From contig CAJINV010000013.1 of assembly GCA_905178155.1 (NCBI GenBank), positions 238,344-302,343 on the forward strand: a stretch of 64,000 nt of DNA. Reading direction: 5' to 3'. The notes beneath the pieces were generated by a model. It did not search any database. It saw nothing but the letters and a program-made list of their open reading frames with translations, and was not told the DNA's origin. Positions 14,501 to 28,400 of the stretch are shown piece after piece; positions within the stretch are counted from its first letter, which is position 1; every line of letters starts with the position of its first letter. The DNA comes from Amoebophrya sp. A120 (taxonomy: Eukaryota > Protista > Dinoflagellata). The position numbers and the translations under genes are program-made.

Positions 14501-15574
14501 ACCGCCGTGTCTTTGCGCAAGATTTCCTGCAAGAAGTCCCAAGGTTCGTTACCATCCTCTATGACATCGTCGTCGGCGCCCGGTGGCGATGGCTCCCAAG
14601 TCAGGACCCCCTTGAGCGAGGTGGCAATATAATCTAACGCGTCCGGGGTATACGGTTCAGAACTCGGGTCACGACTTGCAACTTCAGTCGCAAGAACCTG
14701 AAGCAAGGCCCCTGCCAGGAACAGTCGTTGCTTCGAAACCTCGTGTGCTCCATGCCCGATGTTCCACGACGCGACTGAAAGCACGACGTCGCCGGTAGGG
14801 CTCTCCTGCTGCCGCCGGCTGGTGTCACTCCGTGCGACTAGCACGACCTGTGTAGAATGGTAATTTTGTTGGCAAATCATCCGCATGCAATGCTACGCTC
14901 CTCTACCCACCAGCTATTATTGGAAAAGTCATCCGCTCTGTTTTGATTGTTGCGGCTTTCTTGTCGAAGAAGAAAACAATTCGGCGACTTGTTTAATATT
15001 TGGCAGTAACATGAAAAGTAATTACGTCTTCCCGCTCCTTTTTCTCCCGCTTCGTGCCAAGAAGACCTAACAGACCAGGCGACGTAGTATCCGCTGCTGC
15101 CCACTCCATGCGGTTTATCTGCAAAACTTTTGTCGCGCCTGCCAGCAGTCCGACGTCAAGTGCCACGCTGATTTTCCTTTCCAAGTGTTTCTTGAACCCT
15201 GCGCGCTCAGCATCGCCAGCAAACCTGCGATTGTTCCACCATGACAGGGTTTGGCCACTCCTGTCCGCATCATCGGAACTAATTACGACTACCCCGAGAA
15301 AATTGAGCGACGCCACACTCTCACGACTTTCGCGCTTGCCGCGGGTCGTGTCCTTGGATTTACCCGAGTCCCGATCTCTATCTTTCTTCTCCTTCTTTTC
15401 TTTCTTGTCCTTCTTGTCCGCATTTTTGTCTTCGGCTTCCTTGTCGTCCCGCTTCTTTCGGGGATCGTCATTGTCATCTCCGTCCCCAGGCCCATCGTTG
15501 CCTCCACTACCTGTGAACGCACACATCAAAAATTTTCTCTGGTCACTTACCCAGTGTTGCAAAAAATTCAACAT
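11575..15574 (-). CDS. Large multi-exon hypothetical protein with acidic/basic low-complexity region, a hydrophobic (TM-like) segment and a heptad coiled coil
   Basis: ORF 14993-15574 joins ORF 12418-14886 through a canonical phase-0 GT-AG intron 14848-15025 (..EREDV|VLVARS..). Hydrophobic run ILSRVAFVLFGVWVVFVS and LRQKEGE/LQQKTSE heptads. Further exons near 12320-12422 and 11575-12213 are plausible. No recognisable family. Confidence 0.55.
13015..13200 (-). repeat. 21-bp coding minisatellite encoding 7-aa heptads
   Basis: Plus-strand units such as CTGCAGCTGCGTCTGTTCCCG and TTTCTGCTGAAGCTCGCCCG; protein LRQKEGE LQQKTSE LRQKTGE LQQKASE LQQKAGV LRQKETQ LQREQTQ LQREQTQ. Confidence 0.9.
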
Positions 15575-15607
15575 CGAACAGGATCAAGACTTCAAACTCA
15601 AAGATTT

Positions 15608-17618
15608 TCATTTTTCCGTTGTTTCCGCACGTATATTCATATGACAAAAAATAGACTCAGAGAGGTATATTCTGTAGCACGACAAAATCGCACCTCTGAA
15701 TCGCCTCCGAGTAGTTGCACCGTCGTCCAAAAGCACACCCGCTCGCATGAAATATGCATCAGCGCCAGCGGCTGCCGGAGGTACGACTGCTGTAGCCCGA
15801 GGTGGAGGTAGCAAACCTCTCAGCAGTCCGCCAAGGTGTTCATGCACAACGCGCGCAAGGCTGGTCGCGCCGCTGCAAATGATACCCGCGAGTCTCATTC
15901 TTCCATCAGCTGCCTTGCGCGGCTGAAAGAAATGCGACACAGGCGGCGTAACATGCAGTGAATCGGACCCGCCCTGCCTCTGGCGCAATTCGAACTCCAG
16001 TCCTGTCAACTGCCCAGCCGGAAGCGCCCTACCACCGACCCTATCGCGATGCTCCATGTACGCGCTCATTGCAGCTTGAACTGGTGTTCGAAGGTCGCGG
16101 TATAGGACATCCGGGTGAGCCGGAAAGTCCTTGGCGAACACATACGGGCTCTGCCGAGCATCAGGTAGTGTCGCCGCAAGTTCAATGTAAACAACCTTCG
16201 CCTCCTGGTCCCGTTGAGCATCATGCCGCTCTCCTGTAGTAATCAATGTTTGTTCAGCATGGTGAAAATCCAATATTCGAACGCGAAGGACGGCAGTGTC
16301 GTGGTCGTCGACAACGGCATCCGGAGCAGCAGCAAGATAAGAAGCACACTGTCAGCAGAAGTTGCCACTGCGATTCTTCTTCTGACCAGCAGGAGCATTT
16401 GCTTCCGAAGCGATCGCTCTTCTCATTTCGTCAAAGTATCGAAGATATCGCTTTTGTTAATGTTTGTAGATAATAACACACCATCAATCGTCGACACATC
16501 ATTACGTTCTAGAAATACTTCTTGTGGGTTTGCTGCTGGGAGGACGACAGGCGCGCTGTGCAAGGGAATAGTGCTCCTTAATGGCATCTCTATCGCGGAA
16601 ATCTCTTCCACGACCCCTCTGGCCAAGTTCATCCCGCCGCCCATCAAAGTCTTCATTTGAGGTAGAACCACGAGTGCTGACGTACATGACATGCATTGAG
16701 CGACAGTACCGCTCCCGTTTTTTCTCGTACACCTTTTCTTCGTTATCACCAGGCAATATTTCGAGCAACGCCTCCGTCTTCCACTCCGCGAAGTCACCAC
16801 TTGAACTTTTCAAGCCACGATCTGAGATGAAGTGATGGGAATGCCGCGATGGGTTCGAAGAGCTATACGTTGATCGCCTCAAAGAGAAAAAGCGCGACTC
16901 TCGATAATTATGTTCTTATCGACTGAAAAATCCAGGGGGCCTCGAAACTTCGGCTTTTGAAGCTCGCCAAAAAAAATAAGAAAAATCAGAAGGAAAATAA
17001 GTAAAGAAGACTTAATTGCATTGCAAATAGAATAAATATTGACTTACGCAGGCAGTCTTCCACCAGTAGCAGCTGTTGATGTTCGACGTATACTCCGTCC
17101 TTGGGATCGTAGTCCGAAAATATTATTTGATGGCACTTCTGAAGTACACCCCGCCACTGCATGTTCCGGTCGAACGTGCCGTCGCTGTGTCTCGAAATTG
17201 AGCTATCGAGGATAGACGTCACCACATTCAGTGGATCCAGATCGAGCGAATTTTTCCACTGACGTAATTTGCTATTTTCGACTCTTAGCGCTGCCAACTG
17301 GTCTCCCACGAGCTGTGATGCGTCGTACATAATTTCCTCCGCAACTCGTTGACCCACAAGCGAACTCAGCGAGTCGCTCTTCACGGAATCCAAGATTTCC
17401 AAAAAAGCCTCACAGTCTGCGCAGCCACACTTCCGCTTGCCCGCGAGAAGGTTTTGCCATGTTGATTGGTTACCGAAACAAACCCCAGCGCCACTGGAAC
17501 TGGACCCTGACGCACCATAGACAGGCTGCGCCACCAACGCGGCCAATGTGATGACAAGCATACGGCGCACGCCTCCAAACGTACCCCGTACGTGCCTCCC
17601 AAAGTTGAAAGCAGGCAT
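15608..17618 (-). CDS. Probable 5' exons of a secreted or membrane protein (may continue into the 11575-15574 gene)
   Basis: ATG at 17618 gives MPAFNF..RRMLVITLAALVAQPVYGA (signal-peptide-like). ORFs 16502-16882 and 15608-16273 look coding, but their junctions could not be resolved. Confidence 0.4.
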
Positions 17619-19309
17619 TATGCGGATGCGACGTGGTCTTGCTTCGTTATACAGGAAACCGTTTCCCCGACCGATTGATATTCGAATTCGACAAATCGTG
17701 AAAAGCAATAATAAATGAAAAGGATGGCTTTACGGGCAACACGTAAGTTCAAGTTGGTTCGTTTTCAGCTGAAAAATAAAACTATGTATCAATGACAAAG
17801 TGGGAAATGAAAACCATGGAAGAATGCCGACTTGTCGTAGCTGCGTCTGCCAAGACAAAAAACGACAAGAGCTACATCGAAAATCCTGGCTCATTCATTG
17901 CATGTCAATTAAATGCCAAACAAGAAGTTATCTTTATTGATCGCGTGCCGCTTCATTTTCAATGCAAGCCTATACCAAAGCCAAAAACTCTTGCGAATAA
18001 TACGCGTTTCAACAACAATTTTCATACATTGAGTTCGATTAAAATTCACATAATTATAAGATTCTTATTCTTATGTGATGTTCCATTTTCATTTTTGCCA
18101 GAAGAGTGGACCAACCATTTTCTTACCGAGAACGAAAATACCACGGAATCGAGCAGAGAGGCAAACAAATTTGAGCTCACAATGGCAACACGACGGGCAC
18201 GATTTTCAGTTGTTGATCTTGTTCTTGATCCACATTTTCTGATTATCATCTTGAGGCGCACTTTTTCGCGGTTTGCACTAGATTCAGATCAAGTAGATGA
18301 TTCTTATTTATCTCGTCCCAATAAGCTTTGCCTTTGTCGCATTACTCATGAGCAAGCAAAAGAAACTTAGACGGACAAGCTCTCTCGTAAAGTAGTTTTT
18401 CTTCTAACGCTCACTGATCTTTATCGTGGGCCGTCAGCCGCGATATTTCATTTACGAGCTGCCTCGTTGGCTCCGCTGTGCGACTCTGCTGGCCGGCTTC
18501 ATGGAAACTCGACGCGTATTCAACAGATGAACGCGTCTCCAATTTTTTTTTTTTGAATCGGGAATAGAGCTGAATATGTCGTCCACGGTCCGCAATAGTA
18601 CACAGTAATGCTGAAGCAATGTTCTCTTGGCAATTGTCGTGCCCCTGGTCGTAATTTCTCATCCTCCTTTCTTGTAGCAACACACTACAATAACATAAAA
18701 AGATCAGATAGGTCTGCCTTCGACGTCTTCGCCGGACCTGCTGCGGCTGTTGCCCACAACCACAAGCATGAGCTTGCTACCGCCAGATCCAGATGTTACG
18801 ATCATACAATCAAATTATGGAATGAATATTTTGTCTCTGCATTTTTATTTTACAAATAGAAATATAGCATACGTCTGAAAATCATAAAAATATATCAACA
18901 ACAAAACAACACGTCACACAAAGTGTATTTCTGCTTAAAGGTCAAGTAGCCATCATACATACAGCACATTCGTACTCAAAGTTGTAACTAAGTGGATGAC
19001 GAAGACATGTTTATTAGAAGCACTTTCTTTGCTTAGAGGCACATCCACGACGACGTGCACGTACAGAAAAAGGATTGCGGAAAATACTTGATTCCTGTTG
19101 TTCGACACTTGGCTCGGGCACATCAGAACGATAAGCCTAACGAATTACGTGCGCGACAACGTGATAATGGTATGAGAATCATCTCAATTCCGTACAACCT
19201 TATCATATAAAGTGTGCTTCATCATGTGGTCTGGTGGCGTTGATGATTAAATCAGTCCGCTACTTTTTCCGCAAAAGGTCTTCAGGATAAGACTTACATA
19301 CATAATCCG

Positions 19310-21085
19310 CTACACGGCATCCTGGATTTTTGTTGGAACCTGGACGAGAAACTCTGAAGGCCTGTCGGCTAACATCACCGGCACGGGCAGGCTTGGATGC
19401 TTTCCCCGATACTCACGCGTGTGTTTCAACCGTTTCCCATGAAAGCTCCGCCAGTCCCACTGCAGCTGATCGTACGACCAGCGAAGGTCCGAGCCATCAG
19501 AATCGGTCCGCCACTTCTGCGCTATCTTCCGGAACATCTTCCGAAACGCAGTGTAATATTGCGCGTCAAGCGGTAAAGGATCACGATGAAAAAAGTTGAT
19601 CCATGGCCTCGCACCATTGTCATCTGACAGATCCGCGGATGTGTTCAAGCAATAACCCAATCGAACCGGGAAATAGCGTCCGTATACTTGGCTGGGTTTT
19701 TGGAAAAGAAATTCGGTCGCCATCCCGAGCCGACACCTCTCATCCAAGGCCTTTTGATTCGGGTTCAGAGACATGTCCACTAGCCGTACAGGTGGACCGC
19801 CGCCGGCACGCTGCCGAGAAAAAGAATTGGTTTTAGGCGGATTCCAGATCACTACCTTTGACTGCGTGTCTCGTTTGAGAAGCCTCGTCATAAAAGACCT
19901 TCTCTGCTCCGGCACATCCTCGTGAAAAAAATCTAGGACTTCGCGGAAGAAAGCTCGATCGTTTCTGTGACAACCCGTGGCCAGAGCTTTTGAGTTGTAC
20001 AGGAGCCACTTGTTGGTGCTATCCGCGCGCTGATGTGGTGCTGCGAGCCCACATGTTTCTGACGCCATCGTCATCAACAGGTAAACCTAGTAGTGCGAAA
20101 AAATGACTGATCTTTTTCAACATCAGAGTTTGTCAAATCTTCTAACCAGTAGCTAGTCATCGGGCAAGACTTTTCGAGTAAGATACCGCTGGCGTTGCCA
20201 AGAACGAAAACACAGCCACACGGCAAATCAAATGCGATTAAATGCTGACAAAAAGAGGCACTACAGAACAAGGAAGTTTATGAAGTATATATTATAAAGT
20301 ACGGTCCAATCATGCTCTGGTTTTTCCCCTGGCGACGTGATTCTCTGCGGTGGATGAAGTTTCCATGCATTTCGGTCGCGATGCATCTGGGAGAGAAAAT
20401 GTTCAAGGTAATCGACCCCCATGTCTATCTGCCTATTCCAATAATCCTCGGGTCGCTTTGCTCCAATCCGTTCGCGCAAGACCTCAAGAAAGAGATCCTC
20501 ACAGCTTTCTGTACGGCTCTCCATGGCAGTGTCACTGTGGTGCTGCGCATGGGCTGCAACAGCAACTTTTCCACCGAAGCCGGCCTTAGTGGACTGCAAC
20601 AGCTTTCCGACGTCTTGGGCGGAAAGGAAACTCAAAACCCCTTGGTTTTCGTTGAGCAGTTTTTTCTCACCGGAGAACATGAGGCCCGCTTCCGCGCCCA
20701 TGATTTTGCTGAGCAAGTCTTCGTCTGCTTGGTCACCGACCGGCAGAGCTGGAGCAATGGCTTCTTGAGGAGCTGGCGCTAATTGTTCTCGCGGCAAATT
20801 TTGTCTTCCCGCTGGTGGAGCTCGGGTACTCCGCCCTGATCTCGCGTCCGGACTTGTCTGGCTACCAGCGGCCTTGCGCCCTGTCGGATTCTTTTCGGCA
20901 GTCGTGAAGTCACGCATGGCCCCATCAACAGAGGATTGGGTTTTATCCAACCTAACCTGCCGCTCCGTTCCAGTACGCCAATCCCGTAGCGCTGCCGCGA
21001 AGAACGGAAAACACGAACCTGAATTATTTTCATTGAGAGGAAGTCCTACAACTTTTCTCACGTGCGGCACTTTCATGATGCACAC
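19310..21085 (-). CDS. Hypothetical protein; paralog of the C-terminal domain of the adjacent kinase gene
   Basis: ORFs 20261-21085 and 19310-20077 join through GT-AG intron 20087-20302 (HDWT|VYLLMTM). Shared motifs with the kinase tail: SCEDLFLEVL/SCESLFLKVL, YWNRQIDMGVDYL/FWNPEIDDGRDYL, ERCRLGMATEFLFQ/ERCRIGMATEYLFQ, GYCLNT/GYCLDT. True start uncertain. Confidence 0.75.
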
Positions 21086-22466
21086 GCGTGATTCGATTGT
21101 CTATGATTGTCACGTGTAGAGTCGCGCTCGAGCTCGGGATCTAGAACCCAAAAATCGTACCGTACTTAAAGTAGATATACCTCCTGTACATAGGCGACTT
21201 TCAGGTACAGTTTTGCTTTTCACAGCGCTCTGGCATCTCTGGCTTGACATCACAGCTTCGCATTCACCTACCGCTGCAGCTGGGATGGCTCCATCGCAAG
21301 TCTGTTGAGAATTATTGCTGCCGCAATGCCAGTCGTCCTTTTCCTTGGAATGTTTATGTTTCTTGCCACAAATACTATCTTGTTCTCCGGTGCCTGCCTG
21401 CTGCTCTTGTGCCTGTACTTTTCCGACGAGATCACGGTGATCCTGCACTTTTCCATGACCAACAATGCTGTTCACCGTCCAGCCGACATCGAAGAAGCTG
21501 TTCGCGAAAAGAAAGCGAAGCACAATGCCCGACCTTCGCAGTCGCCTTAGCACCATCCTGCTTTGATTCTCTGCCACTAATAGGCTCTGCACTCGCGAAA
21601 GATCATGAATGACATAAGAAGAAACGTCGTCCTTCCAATAAAAAATTAAATACCGAAATACAATTTTGCTTTCGTGATGCACAACATGACTTCACAATGC
21701 CGTCAATCCGCAGTCATATGACAGGAAGAGAATGAAAATCAAAATATCCGTATCTTACAAATTCTAGAAATGAGGGGATTTGCTACGGGGCAATGAAATA
21801 GTTGACACATTTCAAATTCCAAAACTACATATCAAAAAGCTTACAACAGTAACCAAGTGAACAAAAAAATTACACCAACGGTTAGCCCATGCCTGCCTGT
21901 AAAAATTGAAGTAAAGTGTTTGCGTTGTAGCTGGCCGTCATAAACATAAGCAAAGGAGCAAAACAACAAATACATCAAAATGATAATGACTAGAAGATAC
22001 TGGCTTTAATGAATAGATAGTCGAACCCAGAATAGTAGCCGGTGGGGGAGCAGAGAAGCCAATCCAGCCAGAAACCCAATTTCATCATCTTCAAATCAAT
22101 ATTCTCGCTAACACAGCAGAAAATGATCAACCGCAAAAAACCAGCGCTCTTTCCTTGGTTACGGTACTTAACCGGACAGCTGACTCGATGCTCTGGTACA
22201 AATTAATGGATCCATCTCAAGTCGAAAATGAAACTAAATCTTTCTTCTTGCTGGTTCTTTCTAGAACTAGATGTAGATCCGCGTATCGAAAATGCACATC
22301 GCTGCATCATTTTTAGCTCCGAATCGCCATGCAATCAAAAAAGGAACTCGATGGCAAAACGGGCGACTAAGTTGTGGGCTGCGCCACGAGACCTATCTTC
22401 AAGTTCTTATCACGAATCAGTGGTCTGCTCATCGATTGCGATGGTCTGCGCACAGTGTATAAACCC

Positions 22467-25400
22467 CTAGGCGAAGGGAATCTTTTGTTGAAGGGATGCA
22501 AACTCCGCCCGCACTGATTCATCTGTTGGACAGAAGGAGTCCGTCTTGTAGACAAACGAATCGGTAGCAAATTTCCAATCTATTCTGTTGTTATTTTGAT
22601 CCCGGTGAGACTTTAATCGAGCCTTGATCCAATTCCACCGAAAATGTATGTAGCTCCACTTTGCCCCCGATCCTGTCGATCCACGTCTCCAAAAGGATGC
22701 CCGCCGATAAAACTCTGCGCGAAACGTCTCGTGCCACTTCGGGTGCACCAAAGGTTCAGTGCTGCCTTTGCTGTGCCGCGTCTGCTCTTCGGCAATCGCC
22801 TTCTCTGGCCAGTGTTCAGGCTTCTCATCTAGATTCAGTTTCTCTCGAGGACCCGTATCAAGGCAATAACCTGAGGATGTTAAATGCCACGTAACTTTTC
22901 CTCGCTAGATATACGCCATATCATCAATGAATGTGAAACAGAACCATGTTTGAGTGAAATGCGAGATGATCACAAGTACCATATGGTAGGTCGTCAAAAT
23001 TCGTGGGTCCAAATTCGTGAACGCAATTTTGAGCTTGGAAAAGATATTCCGTAGCCATTCCGATGCGGCATCGCTCCTCATGAATCACACGACCAGACTC
23101 GGAGACGTTGGCAGAAATGGGAGTCCACCCGCCTCGCCCGTCCGGTTCAAGACGCTCCGGAACCAAAATCAAAGGGTGTTCCCAGACTACGAGAGATGTG
23201 GACGCAGAGTTCGTGGTGCTTGGAATTCGTTCGTGAAAAAAGTTTAACACGTGTTTGAAAAAGGGCTCGTCTTCTGCAGGCAGGCACTGGGTCGTCTGCA
23301 ACCGGTTTGTTTCGTAAACATCAATCTCCAACCATGGCCAACTATTCATGGCTCGCAAATCGAAGGCACGAAAATTTCCATAACAGTGTGGCATCATGGT
23401 CATAATCGTTGCAACCTGGAAGTGCAAAGGAAAGGAAGTGTGTCTAGGAAGCAAAGCGAAATAAACATGATCTCCAAGTACTATGACACCAAAAAATGCC
23501 CGCTCCGAAGTTGATGGAGCATCGACTACAAAGAAACATAGCTGGGGATCAATACGAGCCGTCTTGCTTGCTTTGTCGACTTTCACTGCATTGTCCTTTT
23601 TTTTGTAAACCGGTGACAAAACAAAATGAACAAAAATTACAAATTTGCGAATAAAAGAATAAGAGACCAAGAATAAGTACCGTCCAAATGTCCGGATCAA
23701 GTGCAGTTGTCTGCCCTAGGTGTCCGCCGGCTGCTGCGAATTGATCTCTTGCTTCTTGCAGGTAGTCCCTGCCGTCATCTATTTCTGGGTTCCAGAAATC
23801 CTTTGGCTTCTTGTCGCCCATCTGTAGTTCAGCCAAAAATTCAGCCAAAACCTTCAAAAACAGGCTTTCGCAGCTTTGCCCCTCCTCCTGCCTGGTTTTC
23901 AGCGCTGCGAGGTCTGCCTCCGAAACTGGTTCTGGGGCCACCTCCGGGACAAGTGGCTCTGCTGCAGCTGCTTTGCCTCTCGGCCGCCATACTGCAGTGC
24001 TGGACGAACTCCCGCCGGGCCTCGGAGTCGGCGGCGGCGAGCCACCTCCTGGGCCTGTTGGTCGCCTTTCCGTGCTGTCGGAATCGGATTCTGAGTCTGA
24101 ATCGCTGTCAGATGATTTCGAACTAGTAGAACCAACCGAGCTAGATCGCCCCCTCCGTCCCCTTCCGCGAGCGGACCGACCGCTCGATCCAGCGTCCGAA
24201 CTACCCCCACGACGGACACTTCCGGGCGGCGAGCGCGAGCTCGGGCGGAGCGGGCAACTTGGATCAGCAGACGTCCGCAAAGCCTCTGCATCTTCTCGCC
24301 CTCCCGGGGGACAGCCGCTGGCTGCATCTCCCACAGCCACCGGGGGAGCATGAGATTCGCCAGTATCTAATGATCCGCTTCCAGCGGCAGCACCCATAGG
24401 CAGAGTTTCGCCTGCGGACAGTGCGTCCGCACGCCGTAAATCATGATTTGTGCCGTCGGCTTCGGTGGAAAAGAAAGTTGAAGAGGCGCTGCCTCCACCG
24501 GAAGCAGTACTTCCGGAAGTTGGAGTGCTGTGGCCCTGCGCAAATGTCGTCTTATTTGTCCGATCGGTGTCTGCCGTTCCCGTACTTGTTGTAAAATGCT
24601 GCGGTTGCTGGTTTTCGCCAGTCGGTTCTGTCCCAGAACTTCTTCCTGGTGAATTCAGATCTGAGGCGACACCGGAAGTGGAAGATCCACGAGTTTCAAT
24701 ACCGTCGCCGTTTGGTTCCGGCGTCCGTTCTCGCTCGACGTCTCCTGTGCCTGAAGCAGCTGGTGGCTGACGTCCCACACCGCTGTCGTGACTCGGATTC
24801 GACGTTGCATGATCAGGATCGCTGTTGCCGGTATTCCCCGCTGAAGCTGCAGCACTTGTTCCCAAACCGATATCTCCAGTGGAGGAAGAGTGGTCAGTAC
24901 TATTACCACCGTCTGCTTGCGTTCCACTTCGCGGTCCTTCGCCTTGCTGTTCCTCCTGTTGGGCTGCTTGTGCTTCTTCTACTTCTTGCGCCTGACGATC
25001 ATTAGTTCCAGTCTGTATTCCTTCTTGGCTTTCTTGGTGTGCCTGTTCCTGCGCCGACTGGTTTTCATCTTCACTGATCGTCGTTTCTTGTGCTGCTGGA
25101 GCACTTGCGACTTCATCTGCACGATCACTTTCATCCAGAGGAGATGACGACGGAGACGGGGCGGCCGATACTGAATCTGCATGAGCTTCTGCTTGACCTT
25201 CTTGCGCCTCCGGGTCAAAAGTTGCAGTTGATGGAATTGCCGCATTCGGTTGAACAGCAACTGCCGGCTGAGCCGGCACCGTCGCAGCGGGAAGCACTGT
25301 TGGTGGGCTGGCGGAAGCAGCAGCTGCAACCTGTGCAGCAGAAGCTGCAACCGGTGTAGCAGAAGCGGAAGCGACCGGTGCCGGTTTTGGCGCTGCCGCA

Positions 25401-28400
25401 CCACCCGTCGGTGCTGCAGGTTTTGGCTTTGGTTTCGCCGGTGCTAGAAACTCTGGTCGGGAAACAGGTCCCGGGGGGAAGAGGCTCAACAAGCCCGATG
25501 AAGAACTCGCAGGAGGAACTGGTTGCTGCAAAGGAGCTGTTGTTCCAGCGTTCCCGCCCTGACCATCATTTCCTCGACCTGTTGGTGGACGACCGCTGGA
25601 GGTCCCTTTAGGTGAACCGCCGCCACCACCACCACCGCCTCCATCCCCGTTGAAGATTCTCGTCGGGACTAAAATGTTCGGCTTGTGCCCGCCGCCGAAG
25701 CCGCCAAACGGATAAGCATCACCGTCTCCTGAAGATCCCAGCTCTGCTTTCTGTTTGCTCCCCTCGCTCACGTTGCCCATATGAACTGCCAAGCCAGTAG
25801 CGCCCGCGAGGAGACAAACAGCGATGATGGTGATGATGATGGTTGAGAGCGATGAGGCCAGGAAAGCGGCGCAAGGAGATGATGCGGAAGATGTCGATGA
25901 TGAGGAGGGATCTGCTGTCATGGAATGAAATTTGTCTTCTTGAAACGGGTCCTCATTTTCGTCACGTGCAACACTTGGTGTCGTGTTTCGCTGCTCGTCC
26001 TCGTTGTCGAAAGTTTGTGTTGCAGAAGTTAGCGATGCTGTTGTGTTGTTTTCCGAAGCAAAACCTTCGGCAGCGGCTCCTTGCGCGACCTGCTGCTGTT
26101 GCGACATCAATGCCGCAGCTTTCTCAGCCTTTTCATCCATCTTCTCTTGCTCTTCCTCTGAGGATGATGCCAACTCTGGCTCGTGTTCTTCTGCTGCTTC
26201 ATTTCCAAGTCCAACCTCTCGGACGTTGACGCTTCTCATTTTCTTTTCTTCACTACCCGTCTCAAGCATTCCCTTCTCGATTTGCCCCGCCGTAGCGCCG
26301 CCGCGACCATCCTGGAAGTGTTCAAGTCCGTCCTGTCGTCGTGCCAATAGCTCCGCTTTCTCCGCGTCCGTAGCACCGAATGTCGAGTTGTAGGAATAGT
26401 TCATTTCTTGTTTCGCTAGCAGCGGTAACGACGTCTGCTCGATAAATTCTTCTTCGTGAATGTCCGACAGCCGATGGCCTTCCCATTTCGTCGCTTTTCC
26501 CTTCATGTCCTCTTCATTGACCAGATTTTTCGGCATTTTCAGCAGCTTTTGACTCTTCCGGGTCTTGGTGGTCCCTTGGCAGGGCTGCAAACTCGCATCA
26601 TTCTGCTCATTTCCCATTTCCAAATACTTCAACACCGTCTGCGCGTCCCACCGTCTTTCCCAACGCCACCGCAGTGTGACCTGCAGTAAAGACACCAGAT
26701 GGCCGAACAACTGCGCGTCTTGCTGCTCCCACCGCCGGGATTTCGAGTACAGAATCCGGACCCGGGAATCCGCCACGGCGAACTGCGCCCGCATCCCGCA
26801 CCCCTCTAAATGCTCGCACGGCGCTCGACCGTACAATAACTGGTAGAGGATGATCCCCAACGCCCAAACATCGGCAGCCGGTCGCATCTTCAAACTCGCC
26901 GATCCCTCATCCGGCTGGTAGAACGCCTCGGGCGGCATGTAGCGCGGCGTGCCGCACTGGCGATCCCGGGAGACGTGGGTGATTCCTTCATCTTTATTGA
27001 TGCCTCTCGCGAGGCCGAAATCAGAGACCTTCACGATGTTGTCCACGATGAGGAAATTCGCGGGTTTGAGATCAAAGTGGATCAACCCGAGGCTGTGAAT
27101 CGCCGCGACGCCCGCGACCATGTCGCGCCAGAGGTTGCGGATGTCGTAAATGGAGAAAATTTCGTAGTTTTTCCGGAGGAAGGAATGAAGATTGGGTATG
27201 GGAGGGGAAAGAAAGTGCTTCAGTTGCTGAACCAGTTCGAGTTGTAGTGCAGATGCGGTACAAAAATTGATAATTGAAAATTACATCCAGTTCCGCCTGC
27301 GGGTTCACTCGCATGAGAAATTAGGAGTAAGCTTCCCCCACTGCGTTTCATTCCGCATCACAAAAATACATATGATTCAAACAAACCAACACAAACAATT
27401 ACAATTCCCTCTCATACCACAGTCCGCGAATTCCAGCAAAATGTGGATCACCAGGTCTTTCGGAAAAAATTTCGCTTCCCCGATCATCTTCACTACCCGC
27501 AGCTCGTCTGCGTTGTGGCCAGCATTGCCATTGCGATTTTTATCCCGTAAAGCCCGCAGCCAGTTTACCTCCATGGCAAACGAACGCATTTGCCGCGCGT
27601 CCCGTGCGTACACGACTTTCAACGCGTATCGGGTGGCGAATAACTGAGAAGCGTTCATCTCCCTGTCGCGACCGTTGCCGCTGCTTCCAATGCCACCACT
27701 TCGCGACGCGTCACGATTGCAGCTATAATTGTTGCCACGACCACTTCCCGACGCCGTAGTACTTGAGCCTCCGTCTACCACACAAGTTCGCAAATCCACG
27801 CACTCAAACACTTCCGCGGATCCGCCCTTGCCGATCCGCTGCACAACTTCGAGCAATAAAGTCGGCTTGTTGAAGTCCACGTGATGGTTGTCAACCACCT
27901 CTTCGCCCATGCAGATGACCATGCCTGGGCCAACGCGGGCGGTGGCGGTCACGTTGATGTTTTTGCGCTGAATGAAGGCAAACGTGGAGAGTAGCGAATC
28001 GTTTTCTTGGTACGAAGTCCGGCAGTCCTCGTCGTTGAAATACTCGGGCAGGTCGCTTGGGGAGTTGAGAAAAGGGGCGCTGTGGCGCCCGTAGACGGGG
28101 ATGCTGGCCACGGAGGTGGAAAGAAGAGGCTCCGGAGATGAAAGATTCGCCACTTTATTTATTCCAGGACACACATCAGGGAGATTGTCGCTGGGTCCAC
28201 AATCATGATCCCGGGGGTCGTTGCCCATGTGGAGCTTGCCATTAGGCGAGGGAGAAGCGTCAATCTTTTCTGCGCGCCGGGGTGCAATCGGTGTGGAGTC
28301 CGGAACGACGGGGGCGTGGAGGGTTTCGGCCTTGTCGCTGCACCTCAATCCAGAGCTAGTAGTGTCGCGGGGATTTTTTCTCTTTGTTTGAAGACCATGC

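Noticed and set aside
14745-14790. VASWNI resembling the first motif of an EEP/APE endonuclease
   Set aside because: The other required motifs (QE, GDFN, SDH) are not found.
16340-16360. Another in-frame TGA (NFC*QC) upstream of ORF 15608-16273
   Set aside because: No recognisable domain to show the frame is coding across it; an unresolved intron could explain it.
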